DNA of 37,015 bases from contig JBIOXT010000298.1 of assembly GCA_044869795.1 (NCBI GenBank), positions 1 through 37,015 of the forward strand, written 5' to 3'. Of the stretch, positions 1 to 8,623 are shown piece by piece (the stretch's first letter is position 1; every line of letters begins with the position of its first letter). The notes under the pieces are model-generated. The model ran no database searches. It had not been told where the DNA came from and was given only the letters and a program-made list of their open reading frames with translations. This stretch comes from a bacterium. Its GTDB lineage: Bacteria; Sysuimicrobiota; Sysuimicrobiia; Sysuimicrobiales; Kaftiobacteriaceae. A program made the translations under genes and the position numbers.

Positions 1-840
1 ATCGAACCGCACGAGCGCGTTGGCGCCCCAATCGGCCACCCAGACCATGTCGCGGTCATCGACGAACACGGCGTAGGCCATCGGATTGGACCCCGGGAGT
101 TTCCACTCCCGCCAGCGGCCTGTCGACGGATCGTACAGACCCAACTGTCCCGCATTCCACTCACTGACCCAGATGCGGCCGTGCGAATCGGACCACACCC
201 GGCGCGCCCCCTGGCGCGGCGTCGGCGGCTCGAGGACGGTCGCGGATCCGCTGTTCACGTCGATACGCCCCACGTAATTGCCGGCCAGGGATGCGAAGTA
301 GACCTCACCGCCCGGCGTCGTGGTCACTCCATAGGGCCCGCGGCCGCGAGGGGCGTCGAAGACCTCGATGCGCCCGCTGGACGGATCGAGGCGGCCGTAG
401 ATCCCATTCTGCCCGGTGAACCAGAGGACGCCCCGGCGGTCGAACGTGGCGGTGTTGAGGTTGGCGCGCGGCCGGTTCGGCGGCAGCGGGAACACCTGAA
501 CGCGCGACGTGGTGGGATCTACGCGCACGATCGCATTGAGCCCGCCGTCGGTGATCCAGGGCGCGCCGTCCGGCCCGACGATCACACCGTGCGGAGCCGA
601 GCCGCTACCGAGCTTGATGTGGCGGGTGCGGCCGGAGGCCGGGTCGAGATGGCCGAGCTCTCCCGTCCTCTGCGCGGTGTACCAGACCCCGCCGTCGCGC
701 GCGGGAGCGACGTCGTGTGGACCGGAGCCGGCAGGGATGGGAAATTCCTGGATCGTCTCAGCCGGCGCGGCCGTGACCTTCGGGCCGACCCCCACCACAA
801 CCAGGATCAGGAGCACGATCAGGCCATGATGGCGACGCAA
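1..840 (-). CDS. Virginiamycin B lyase (Vgb)-family beta-propeller protein with N-terminal membrane anchor; partial, 3' end runs off the window
   Basis: Absent from the supplied ORF track because there is no stop inside the window. The reverse frame is open for all 280 codons from TTG (838-840), preceded by GAGGTG (845-850). Translation: LRRHHGLIVLLILVVVGVGPKVTAAPAETIQEFPIPAGSGPHDVAPARDGGVWYTAQRTGELGHLDP...WITDGGLNAIVRVDP...LWFTGQNGIYGRLDP...VYFASLAGNYVGRIDV...IWVSEWNAGQLGLYDP. This is the repeated blade pattern of Vgb-type propellers. Third codon positions are G/C-rich. Confidence 0.75.
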   Translation of the reverse strand, partial: MRRHHGLIVLLILVVVGVGPKVTAAPAETIQEFPIPAGSGPHDVAPARDGGVWYTAQRTGELGHLDPASGRTRHIKLGSGSAPHGVIVGPDGAPWITDGGLNAIVRVDPTTSRVQVFPLPPNRPRANLNTATFDRRGVLWFTGQNGIYGRLDPSSGRIEVFDAPRGRGPYGVTTTPGGEVYFASLAGNYVGRIDVNSGSATVLEPPTPRQGARRVWSDSHGRIWVSEWNAGQLGLYDPSTGRWREWKLPGSNPMAYAVFVDDRDMVWVADWGANALVRFD

Positions 841-908
841 TAGTCACCTCGATAGCATGGGAATGGTAGGACCCGTCTGTTTGAAGACGGATGCCACCCA
901 ATCGGCGT

Positions 909-1946
909 TTATGGCTTCACCGGCTCCAATTTCACCAGCGCGTCTCCGGCGGATGACACGCCCCAAATATCGTTGCCGTCGCCGACGAGTTGGAGCAGTC
1001 CGGGCACACCCACCGGCAAGGTCACTGGGAGAAACAGCCGCTGACGCGGACGGAACAGCCACAAGAACGGGACCGTGGAATCGGAGAACCAGACGACGCC
1101 GTCGATCTGGACGAAGATGCTCTCCGGCGCGGCGGGTGCGGGCGGACGGTGCAGCGTCCAGCGGTTCTCAGCCGGGTCATAGACACCCACAGTTCCCGCA
1201 CTCGACATCGTGACCCAAATCCGGCCGGTCAGATCGGCCGCAACGTCTCCCGCACCGCTCCATTTGGTTGGCGACCGGATCACGATCGCCTTGCCGGTCT
1301 CACCGTCGACGCGCACGATGGAGCCGTCGATCCTCGACCCGAAGTACACGACATCGTCAGGGGTGATGGTGAGACCATAGGCTTCCCCGCCCGGGGCATT
1401 GTAAATCGTGAGTTTCCCGGAGGCGGTGTCCAGGCGTCCATAGATCCCGCGCTCCATCGTGAACCACAGGCGACTGCCGCGATCGAATGCCATTTTGAAG
1501 ATGCGTTTCGATGCGGCGCGCTGCGGCAGCGGGTAGCGCCGCATGACCTGCATCGTCCCCGGATCGATCCGCAGGATTGCGTTCAAGCCGCTGTCGCCGA
1601 CCCATAGAGCACCATCGTATCCGGCCGTGACCGCCTCAGGCACCGAGCCGGGACGGAGCACGATCTGCTGCGTCCGGCCGGTATGTGGGTTGAACCGCCC
1701 AAGCGCCCCGGCGCGACGAGCCGCATACCAGACGACACCTCCCGTGGGGGCAATGCTCGCGGCGCCGGCATCCTTAGGAATGGGAAAGACGAGCGCCTGC
1801 GGCGGGAGTGTCTTCGCAAATTCCTTGCGTGCCTCAGGAAGCACATACCTGAGCGAGAGGATCGTACTGGCGAGGACCGCAACAATCACCAGCAGGGCGG
1901 CGATGCGCTCGTCCCGTTTCTCGACCTCTCGAGGAAACGCGCTCAC
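909..1946 (-). CDS. Vgb-like (streptogramin-lyase family) beta-propeller protein, N-terminal TM anchor
   Basis: 345-aa ORF. The GTG start (1944-1946) overlaps the TGA of the upstream LLM gene (GTGA). TM segment: IAALLVIVAVLASTILSL. Repeated blades: VWYAARRAGALGRFNP, LWVGDSGLNAILRIDP, LWFTMERGIYGRLD, VYFGSRIDGSIVRVD, IWVTMSSAGTVGVYDP. Diverged paralogue of the gene at 1-840. Confidence 0.7.
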   Translation of the reverse strand: MSAFPREVEKRDERIAALLVIVAVLASTILSLRYVLPEARKEFAKTLPPQALVFPIPKDAGAASIAPTGGVVWYAARRAGALGRFNPHTGRTQQIVLRPGSVPEAVTAGYDGALWVGDSGLNAILRIDPGTMQVMRRYPLPQRAASKRIFKMAFDRGSRLWFTMERGIYGRLDTASGKLTIYNAPGGEAYGLTITPDDVVYFGSRIDGSIVRVDGETGKAIVIRSPTKWSGAGDVAADLTGRIWVTMSSAGTVGVYDPAENRWTLHRPPAPAAPESIFVQIDGVVWFSDSTVPFLWLFRPRQRLFLPVTLPVGVPGLLQLVGDGNDIWGVSSAGDALVKLEPVKP

Positions 1947-2872
1947 CGTCGATCGCCGGGGAAGTGCGGCAGCACGGCCTGCGCGAAGGCCGCCAGACCG
2001 TCCAGATCATCCAGATCGAGCCACTGCAGCATGACACGGTCCAGGCCGGCCGAGGCCAGCGCCGCGAGCTGGTCGACCGCCGCGGACGGCGCACCATAGA
2101 TGATCCCCCGCGCCCGCACCTGCTCCAGCGAGCGACCCTGGAGTTTTTCCTGCAGTCCCGCATCGGTGCGCGCGATGACCGTTCCCGTCATCATCGACCG
2201 GCGCACCTCCTGCGGGCTCCGGCCCCGGCGTTCGAGCAGTGTGTCCAGCCGGCGGCTCAGCGCCGAAAACCCCGCTGGCGTCTGAGAGGTCGCGTTCCAC
2301 TCCACCGCGTACCGCGCCGCCAGCGGCAGGGTCCGGCGCGTGCCGTTGCCGCCGACGAGAATCGGTGGTCCGCCCGGCCGCGCCGGGCGGGGCAGGATGA
2401 TCGCCTCCTGCACGCGGTAGAACGAACCGGCGAATGAGACGGGCTCCTCGGTGCGGAGGAGGCGGCTGACGATCTCCAGACCTTCGGCAAACCTGTCGAA
2501 GCGTTGACGGATCGGCAGCAGGTCGAAGCCGAACTTCGTGTGTTCACGTTCCTGCCAGGCCGCTCCCAGTCCCAGGGTCATCCGGCCCGCCGACAGATCG
2601 TCCACGGCGATCGCCATCCGCGCCGTGAACGCCGGATGCCGGAACGACAGAGGCGTGCACAGCGGTCCGAATGCGATCCGCGAGGTGTTGGCCGCCAGCC
2701 AGGTCAGCGAGACCCATAGTTCCAGCGAATCCTTGTCGGGCGGACTGGCGTTGGTGAAGTGGTCGGAGCGATACAATCCGGCGAACCCGAGGTCCTCGAC
2801 CGCTTTGACCAGACGCTGCCAGCGCGGCCAGGTCAGCCCGTTCTGGCCTTCGACCATGATGGCGATGTCCAC
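1943..2872 (-). CDS. LLM-class (luciferase-like) F420-dependent oxidoreductase
   Basis: 309-aa ORF. GTG start with GAGGGG 5 nt upstream. Typical LLM N-terminus: DIAIMVEGQNGLTWPRWQRLVKAVEDLGFAGLYRSDHF, followed by GRMTLGLGAAW and PPILVGGNG motifs. Confidence 0.85.
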   Translation of the reverse strand: MDIAIMVEGQNGLTWPRWQRLVKAVEDLGFAGLYRSDHFTNASPPDKDSLELWVSLTWLAANTSRIAFGPLCTPLSFRHPAFTARMAIAVDDLSAGRMTLGLGAAWQEREHTKFGFDLLPIRQRFDRFAEGLEIVSRLLRTEEPVSFAGSFYRVQEAIILPRPARPGGPPILVGGNGTRRTLPLAARYAVEWNATSQTPAGFSALSRRLDTLLERRGRSPQEVRRSMMTGTVIARTDAGLQEKLQGRSLEQVRARGIIYGAPSAAVDQLAALASAGLDRVMLQWLDLDDLDGLAAFAQAVLPHFPGDRR

Positions 2873-2881
2873 GGGCGCCCC

Positions 2882-3364
2882 TCAGCGTGTCGGGGTCGGA
2901 GGCTGCTCGTCGTCCTCTTCGGCGCGGCGGCGGAAGAGGAGGTAGACGCCGATAGCGATCAGAATCAGCGGCCACCAGCGTCCGATCGCGCCGGTGACTC
3001 CGTACTGGCCGCCCGCCTGCAGCAGCCCGATCACGGCGAGGACGCCGCCGGGCAGCAGTGGCCACCATTGCGCCCCGCGGCGGCCGCCGGTCATGACATC
3101 GAAGAGGTAGATGCTGATGAACCCTAGCCCCAGGCCTAAGACCACCGCCCAGCCCGCCTTGACCTGCGACTGCGACTGGTAGACGATGCCTAACCCCAGG
3201 CCGGTCATGATCCCGCCGGGGACGAGCAGGCCGTAGTTCCGAGCATAGAAGAATGCCACCAAGAATGCGATGCCGATCGCGGCGACCACAGCTTGCTGGG
3301 CGAGCAGGAACACCACTCCGATGACGATGAGCATGATTCCAGGCAAGACCCGCCGTCGTTCCAC
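2882..3364 (-). CDS. Multi-pass membrane protein (LiaF/DUF5668-like hydrophobic repeats)
   Basis: 160-aa ORF. GTG start with GGAGG (3374-3378, reverse strand) 8 nt upstream. About 5 hydrophobic helices. Ends with WWPLILIAIGVYLLFRRR plus an acidic tail. Lies 9 nt upstream of the LLM gene on the same strand. Confidence 0.6.
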   Translation of the reverse strand: MERRRVLPGIMLIVIGVVFLLAQQAVVAAIGIAFLVAFFYARNYGLLVPGGIMTGLGLGIVYQSQSQVKAGWAVVLGLGLGFISIYLFDVMTGGRRGAQWWPLLPGGVLAVIGLLQAGGQYGVTGAIGRWWPLILIAIGVYLLFRRRAEEDDEQPPTPTR

Positions 3365-3380
3365 GCGCAGTGCCTCCTTC

Positions 3381-3396
3381 TACCGAGGTCTCGGTA
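3381..3396. promoter_or_regulatory. Perfect 16-bp palindrome TACCGAG-GT-CTCGGTA in the divergent intergenic region
   Basis: Read directly from the sequence. It lies 2 nt from the GGAGG of the membrane-protein gene (minus strand) and about 110 nt upstream of the cyclase-STAND start (plus strand). Confidence 0.3.
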
Positions 3397-3506
3397 TGCG
3401 CGCTCAGTTCGACGCACGGCCTGTCCGTTCCCACCCGCATCAGATGACCGCAGGATTCGGTCTGCGGCCCGTCCAACACTCGCGGTTGTATCCTCACCTG
3501 ATCCCC

Positions 3507-6500
3507 ATGCGCTGTCCCAACTGTGGCCGCGAGAATCCAGACGACGCGAAGTTCTGCGCCTATTGCGGCGCCGGGCTCCCTCCGCTCCCGGCGGCCACAT
3601 CGGAAGAACGCCGCATCGTCACCGTGCTGTTCGCAGACCTTGCCGGGTTCACGACGCTGGCAGAATCGATGGATCCGGAGGATCTCCGCGCAGTGGTGGC
3701 GCGGTTCTACAACCTCGTCGCGGCGGAGGTCGCCCGTTTCGGCGGGACGGTCGAAAAGTACGTCGGCGATGCGGCGCTGGCAATCTTCGGCCTGCCGGAC
3801 CTGCACGAAGACGATGCCGAGCGCGCCGTCCGCGCGGCGCTGGCCGCCCAGGACGCGCTGACGGGGTTGAACGACCAGCTGGCGCGCGAGGGCGGCCCGC
3901 AGCTGGGCATGCGGATCGGGATCAACACCGGCGAAGTCGTCGCCGATCCCAAGGGGGGCGCGGCGGGGGAATTCCATCTCGCCGCCGACGCGATCAACGT
4001 GGCGGCGCGGCTGCAGCAGCACGGGCAGGCCGGCTCGATCCTGATCGGACCGCGCACCGAAGGCCTCGTCCGCGGCGTCGTCGAGACCGTCGCCGTCGGC
4101 CCGGTCGCGCTGAAAGGAAAGACCCAGCCGCTCAACGCCTGGCAGGTGGTGGCGCTGCGCGCCGAACGCGGCCTGCGCGGCATCCCCGGCCGGCAGGCCC
4201 CGCTGATCGGCCGGAGCGAGGAAATGGATCTCCTGCTCCGCCTCTACGACCGCGTCGCGCGGGAGCGGCGCTCGCACCTCATTACGGTGCTGGGCACGCC
4301 GGGAGTCGGGAAGTCACGCCTGCAATTGGAATTCGTCGGCCTGCTGCGCGCGCTGCCGGAGGCCCCCGCGATCCGCAAGGGCCGCTGCCTGCCCTACGGT
4401 GACGGCCTCGCGTTCGCCGCGGTGGGTGAGATCCTCAAACAGGACACGCACATCATGGAAGGCGACGGCGCCGAGATCGTCAGACAGAAACTGCGTGAAG
4501 GCATCGGACAGTGGCTCAGCACGGATGCCGACCGCGTCGCCGCCGCGCTGGGGTTCCTCGTCGGCATCGTGTACCCCGGCGCCGCCATCGCCGGCTACGA
4601 TCCGAAGAGCGCCCGAGAGGAAGCCTTCCTCGCCTGGCGCCGGTACCTGACGGCCCGCGCCGCGGGGCAGCCGGTGCTGCTGGTCGTCGAGGACCTACAT
4701 TGGGCCGACGAGGCGCTGCTCGATCTGGTCGACTACACGGTCTCGCGTCTGCACGAGGTCCCGGTGTTGCTGCTGTGCCTGGCGCGTCCCGAACTGCTGG
4801 AGCGGCGGCCGCAGTGGGGCGGCGGACGGCGCAACGCGGCGACGATCAACCTCGAGCCGCTGACCGAGGCGGAAGCGCGCGCGCTCATTGCCGCGCTGCT
4901 CGACGTCGACGACCTGCCCGAGTCCGTGCGCCTCGACATCATCCAGAAGGCCGAGGGCAACCCGTTCTTCGTCGAGGAGATCGTCCGGATGCTGATGGAG
5001 CAAGGCGCGATCGTCGAGGACGCCGGCCGCTGGCGGGCGGCCGGGCACATCGCGCAGGTGCCGCTGCCGGACACGGTTCAGGGTGTCATTGCCGCGCGTC
5101 TCGATCGACTGCCCGAGGACGAAAAGCGGGTGCTGCAGCAGGCCGCGGTGATCGGGCGGATCTTCTGGGCCGGCACGCTCGCTGCTCTGATCGGCGCCGA
5201 CGGCGGGCTCGCGGCGGCGCTGGACCGGTTGGAGGACCGCGATCTCATTCGCGAGCGGCCCACCTCCTCGCTCGCCGGCGACCGCGAGTACATCTTCAAA
5301 CACACACTGACGCGGGAGGTGTCGTACGCGAGCATCCCACGCGCCGTCCGGGCCCCGGCGCACGCCCGCGTCGCCGCGTGGATCGAGTCGATGCTGGCCG
5401 GGCGGATCGATGAGGTCGTCGACCTGCTCGCGTATCACTGGTCGGCGGCCGGCGATGCGGCCAAGACCGTGGAGTATGCCCTGCGCGCGGGAGACCGCGC
5501 CCGGGCGCTGTTCTCCAATGCGCGCGCCGTCGAGGCATACCGGGCCGCGCTCGAAGTCGCCCCCGGCGTGCTGACGACCGATCAGATCGCCGATGTCCGG
5601 CAGCGGCGCGGTGAAGCCCTCGAACGCCTTGGGCGCTACGACGACGCCCAGATTGACTTCCAGGCCGCGCTCGACAACGCCGTGACGACAGCAGACCGCC
5701 GCGCGGAGGCCAGGCTTCGGTTTGAGATCACGCGCCTCGATCACCGCCGGCGCGCCAAGCCGTTTGATGCCATCATCGCGGCGTACGAGCAGGCGCGCAT
5801 GATCGCCGTCGACGTCGGGGACCGCGACACGGAAGGCCGGTGCCTGACCGAAATCGCTACGGCCTACTGGGATGCGAACGACCTCGGCGAAGCGAACCGG
5901 CTTGGGCTGCAGGCCCTGGAAATCTTCCGGGGACTGGACGACCACGCGGGGATGGCCGGGGTCATGAACCTCCTGGCCATGGCACACTGGATGAGCTTCG
6001 ATTTTCCCGCCGCCCTCGCCCGCGCGGAGCGCGCCGTCGCCGAGGCCCGCGCGGCAGGGGACCGTTCGCGCGAGGCGACCGCCCTGAGCTACGTGGGCAT
6101 GTTCCTGTCCTACAGCGGCCGGCCCGAGGAAGCGACCCGCATGCTCGACGACGCCGACCGCATCGCGGCAGAGATCGGCGACCGGCGGCGCCTGATGTGG
6201 GTGCATTCCTTCCGAGCGTTCCTCTATCTCGCCCTCGGCCGGTTCGAGTCATTCCTCGCGGCGGTCGAAGCCAGTGCACGGCTCAGCGAGGAGATTGGAT
6301 ACCACAACCCCGGCATCGACGTCCTCCAAGCGCTGGGGCTGGCGACGATCGGCAAAGCGCAGGAGGCGAAGGATCTGCTCGCGCCCCCGATCGAGTTTCT
6401 CAAAGACCAGGATATCGAAGCGGCCGGCGTGTATGCGTCGGCGGCGATCGTGCGGATGATGACCGGCGATCCGGCCGGCGCGCGCACCGCGCTGGAAAAG

Positions 6501-6995
6501 GCGGAAGCGAATTCGGCGGGAATGGCCCGCGCGGATTGGGTCATGCTGGGCGGATCGTGGATGGCGCTGCTCTGGTACCTGCTCGGCGAATCCGAAAGGG
6601 CGGCGGCGTTGGCCCAGTACCTCATCGATCGGGTCCCGGACGGATGGATGCACGAGCCTTCCGCGTTCGCCCATGTCGTGTTGGGCCTGGCGGCGTTTGG
6701 TCGAAACGACTTCCCGGGGGCTCAGCGGGCATTCGACCGCGCCCAACGCTTGATCGGGGACCTGCCGTTCTTGCCCGTGCGGCTCGAGCTGCACCTGGCC
6801 CGGGCGCGGCTGCTGTCGGCGCAGAGCAGATTCGAGGACGCCGAGGCGGAATTAGCCCGGGCCGCCGACGCGGTCGACCGCATGACCGCGCAGATCGAGA
6901 AACCCGAGCTGAGAGATTCGTTCCTGGCGTCGTGGGAGGTGACGCGCGTGCGGGATGCCCGCGACGCGCTCGCCGCGACACGGGCGGGACGCTAA
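3507..6995 (+). CDS. Zinc-ribbon / class III adenylate-guanylate cyclase / AAA_16 (STAND-type) ATPase / TPR-repeat protein
   Basis: The ORF is open from 3270, but the family-typical start is ATG 3507 (MRCPNCGRENPDDAKFCAYCG, a zinc ribbon). The cyclase domain (about 3606-4155) has FADLAGFT, KYVGDAALAIFG, INTGEVV and ADAINVAARL. Walker A is GTPGVGKS (4293-4316) and Walker B is LLVVEDLHWAD (about 4678-4710). The C-terminal ~500 aa is a helical TPR-like repeat region. Confidence 0.85.
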   Translation: MRCPNCGRENPDDAKFCAYCGAGLPPLPAATSEERRIVTVLFADLAGFTTLAESMDPEDLRAVVARFYNLVAAEVARFGGTVEKYVGDAALAIFGLPDLHEDDAERAVRAALAAQDALTGLNDQLAREGGPQLGMRIGINTGEVVADPKGGAAGEFHLAADAINVAARLQQHGQAGSILIGPRTEGLVRGVVETVAVGPVALKGKTQPLNAWQVVALRAERGLRGIPGRQAPLIGRSEEMDLLLRLYDRVARERRSHLITVLGTPGVGKSRLQLEFVGLLRALPEAPAIRKGRCLPYGDGLAFAAVGEILKQDTHIMEGDGAEIVRQKLREGIGQWLSTDADRVAAALGFLVGIVYPGAAIAGYDPKSAREEAFLAWRRYLTARAAGQPVLLVVEDLHWADEALLDLVDYTVSRLHEVPVLLLCLARPELLERRPQWGGGRRNAATINLEPLTEAEARALIAALLDVDDLPESVRLDIIQKAEGNPFFVEEIVRMLMEQGAIVEDAGRWRAAGHIAQVPLPDTVQGVIAARLDRLPEDEKRVLQQAAVIGRIFWAGTLAALIGADGGLAAALDRLEDRDLIRERPTSSLAGDREYIFKHTLTREVSYASIPRAVRAPAHARVAAWIESMLAGRIDEVVDLLAYHWSAAGDAAKTVEYALRAGDRARALFSNARAVEAYRAALEVAPGVLTTDQIADVRQRRGEALERLGRYDDAQIDFQAALDNAVTTADRRAEARLRFEITRLDHRRRAKPFDAIIAAYEQARMIAVDVGDRDTEGRCLTEIATAYWDANDLGEANRLGLQALEIFRGLDDHAGMAGVMNLLAMAHWMSFDFPAALARAERAVAEARAAGDRSREATALSYVGMFLSYSGRPEEATRMLDDADRIAAEIGDRRRLMWVHSFRAFLYLALGRFESFLAAVEASARLSEEIGYHNPGIDVLQALGLATIGKAQEAKDLLAPPIEFLKDQDIEAAGVYASAAIVRMMTGDPAGARTALEKAEANSAGMARADWVMLGGSWMALLWYLLGESERAAALAQYLIDRVPDGWMHEPSAFAHVVLGLAAFGRNDFPGAQRAFDRAQRLIGDLPFLPVRLELHLARARLLSAQSRFEDAEAELARAADAVDRMTAQIEKPELRDSFLASWEVTRVRDARDALAATRAGR

Positions 6996-7007
6996 ACGGG
7001 GCGGCGT

Positions 7008-7583
7008 CTACGCTTCGACCCGCTTGAGCCCTTGCGCCCGGCGCAGCGCGGCGATGTATCCCAACACCCAGTCGTCATGGCCGTAGTAGAACAAGAGGTA
7101 CCAGATGACCGGTTGGTCACCCGGCCATGCGCCCGATGACGGGACCACCGTGACGGCGTCGCGGTCATCGATGGCGCCGACGACTTCCTCCACGGCGGCA
7201 AACGCGCGGCGCGCGTAATCGACGAGGCGCTCCTTGCCCGGCAGGCGGACGGCGGCCGCGTCCTCGTCGCTCATCCCCGAGCCGCTCTGACGCCTGCCCA
7301 GACGGTCGGGGTCCAACCCCCACGCCGCCGCAAGACCTTCGGCCATCCAGATCTGTTCGCGCGCACCGACTTTCTTGCTCAGCGCAGGCGTGATCGTCGC
7401 CAGCCGCACGGCCAGCCCGTCGTTCGCGCGCGCCGCATGCCACAGCTCGAACCCGATCGAATGTGAGGCCGGCGTGGGCCGCCACGCCAACTGATCGTCT
7501 GTGAGGTCATCGACGGCGTTGAGCAGGCGCCGGTGGTTGAGCGCAACGTTTCCTTTCACGACATCGAGCACATTGGCATCCAT
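7008..7583 (-). CDS. DinB-family (DinB_2 four-helix-bundle) protein
   Basis: The ORF is open to 7697, but ATG 7581-7583 has GAGGTG 7 nt upstream. Sequence: NHRRLLNAVDDLTDDQLAWRPTPASHSIGFELWHAARAND ... WYLLFYYGHDDWVLGYI, which is typical of DinB/YfiT-like proteins. Confidence 0.7.
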   Translation of the reverse strand: MDANVLDVVKGNVALNHRRLLNAVDDLTDDQLAWRPTPASHSIGFELWHAARANDGLAVRLATITPALSKKVGAREQIWMAEGLAAAWGLDPDRLGRRQSGSGMSDEDAAAVRLPGKERLVDYARRAFAAVEEVVGAIDDRDAVTVVPSSGAWPGDQPVIWYLLFYYGHDDWVLGYIAALRRAQGLKRVEA

Positions 7584-7698
7584 CCCGCGCCACCTCGGTT
7601 TCAGAGAATCGTTTCCAGCGGCGAGTGTTCGCGCCGCCTCCGCTCCGTCCTTGTGGCCGATACAGGAAGGGTGCTGCGGCGCACAGTAATCCTGCACC

Positions 7699-8619
7699 GT
7701 GCAAAAGATCTACCAGTTCATCATGACCTACCTCGCGGTGTTTGCCGCGCTGGGGTTCAGCTTCGTGCAGATCCTCAACCTGCGCCCCACCGATCAGTCG
7801 CTGCCGGCGTTCGTCTTCTTCACCGTCTGCGCCATTGCCATCGTGGCCTACGCCGTCGCAGTGCTGCGCGAACGGCGTGTGGTCCGGCGCGGGACGAAAC
7901 TGGTGAACGAACCGGCCCACGACCGCCGCAGCCGCTGGTTCGCCACGGTGTACCTGACGCTCACGCCTGTGCTCTACGTGGTGCTGACGATCGCGTTCCA
8001 CATCCCCAACTCGTGGCCGTTGGAGATCCGTGCGGGCGCGGAACCGCGCGGGCGCAATCCGTGGATCACCCGGCTGCCGGGGGAATCGCTGCTGGGGCTG
8101 GACGAGGAAGTGGGACCTCTGTTTGTGCCCGGCGGCGACCTGGTCGCCAACCGCGCCAGCATCAGGTACGCCGTGATCTACAACCGCAGCACGGTGCCGT
8201 CGCCTCCGCTGGAGATCCAGCTGGAGCTGCAGACGCCGAAGACCTGGCTGGTGCCGCCGGCGCGCATCTTCGCGGTCGCGATCGCGTCGCCGGCTCAGCG
8301 CGGCTGGCTGCCGTGGGACCGTCCGCTGCCGACGGCGCATTGGATGCCGTACAATCATGGCTGCGCCGCTCGACTGCTCGACACGGGCTGGTGCTTCTAC
8401 CATCCGCCGGATGACCGGCGCGGGTGGCTGCAGCCGACGATCCGGCTTCCGGGGATTCCCGCGCGCGGCAGCGTCGAGCTCTTCTTTGAAATGGCCGCTC
8501 CTCCGGGGGCCCCCCTGGACGGCATTCCTGCTATCCTAACTCTGAAGCAAACAGCCGAAGGACGGTTTGTCGTAGGCCTGCGAACGGAAATCGACTTCAA
8601 CGCCGGTGCAGCGAGGTAA
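7699..8619 (+). CDS. Hypothetical membrane protein (3 N-terminal TM helices plus ~200-aa beta-rich C-terminal domain)
   Basis: 306-aa ORF. GTG start (an alternative ATG is at 7723). Strong G/C third-position bias in this frame. No family recognised. Confidence 0.55.
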   Translation: MQKIYQFIMTYLAVFAALGFSFVQILNLRPTDQSLPAFVFFTVCAIAIVAYAVAVLRERRVVRRGTKLVNEPAHDRRSRWFATVYLTLTPVLYVVLTIAFHIPNSWPLEIRAGAEPRGRNPWITRLPGESLLGLDEEVGPLFVPGGDLVANRASIRYAVIYNRSTVPSPPLEIQLELQTPKTWLVPPARIFAVAIASPAQRGWLPWDRPLPTAHWMPYNHGCAARLLDTGWCFYHPPDDRRGWLQPTIRLPGIPARGSVELFFEMAAPPGAPLDGIPAILTLKQTAEGRFVVGLRTEIDFNAGAAR

Positions 8620-8623
8620 AGCG

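Noticed and set aside
3270-3506. 5' extension of the cyclase ORF (1241-aa version)
   Set aside because: The extension overlaps the divergent membrane gene and its RBS and has no homology-like content. The zinc-ribbon motif begins exactly at ATG 3507.
2544-4277. 577-aa minus-strand ORF spanning the LLM start, the membrane gene and the 5' part of the cyclase gene
   Set aside because: This is a shadow ORF typical of high-G+C DNA. It has an Arg/Pro/Gly/Ala-rich, motif-free translation and crosses a divergent intergenic region. It overlaps three genes that have clear family signatures and proper RBSs.
4695-6206. 503-aa minus-strand ORF antisense to the cyclase-STAND gene
   Set aside because: It is antisense to a gene with Walker motifs and TPR repeats. 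The composition is Arg/Gly/Pro/Asp-heavy, with no recognisable domain.
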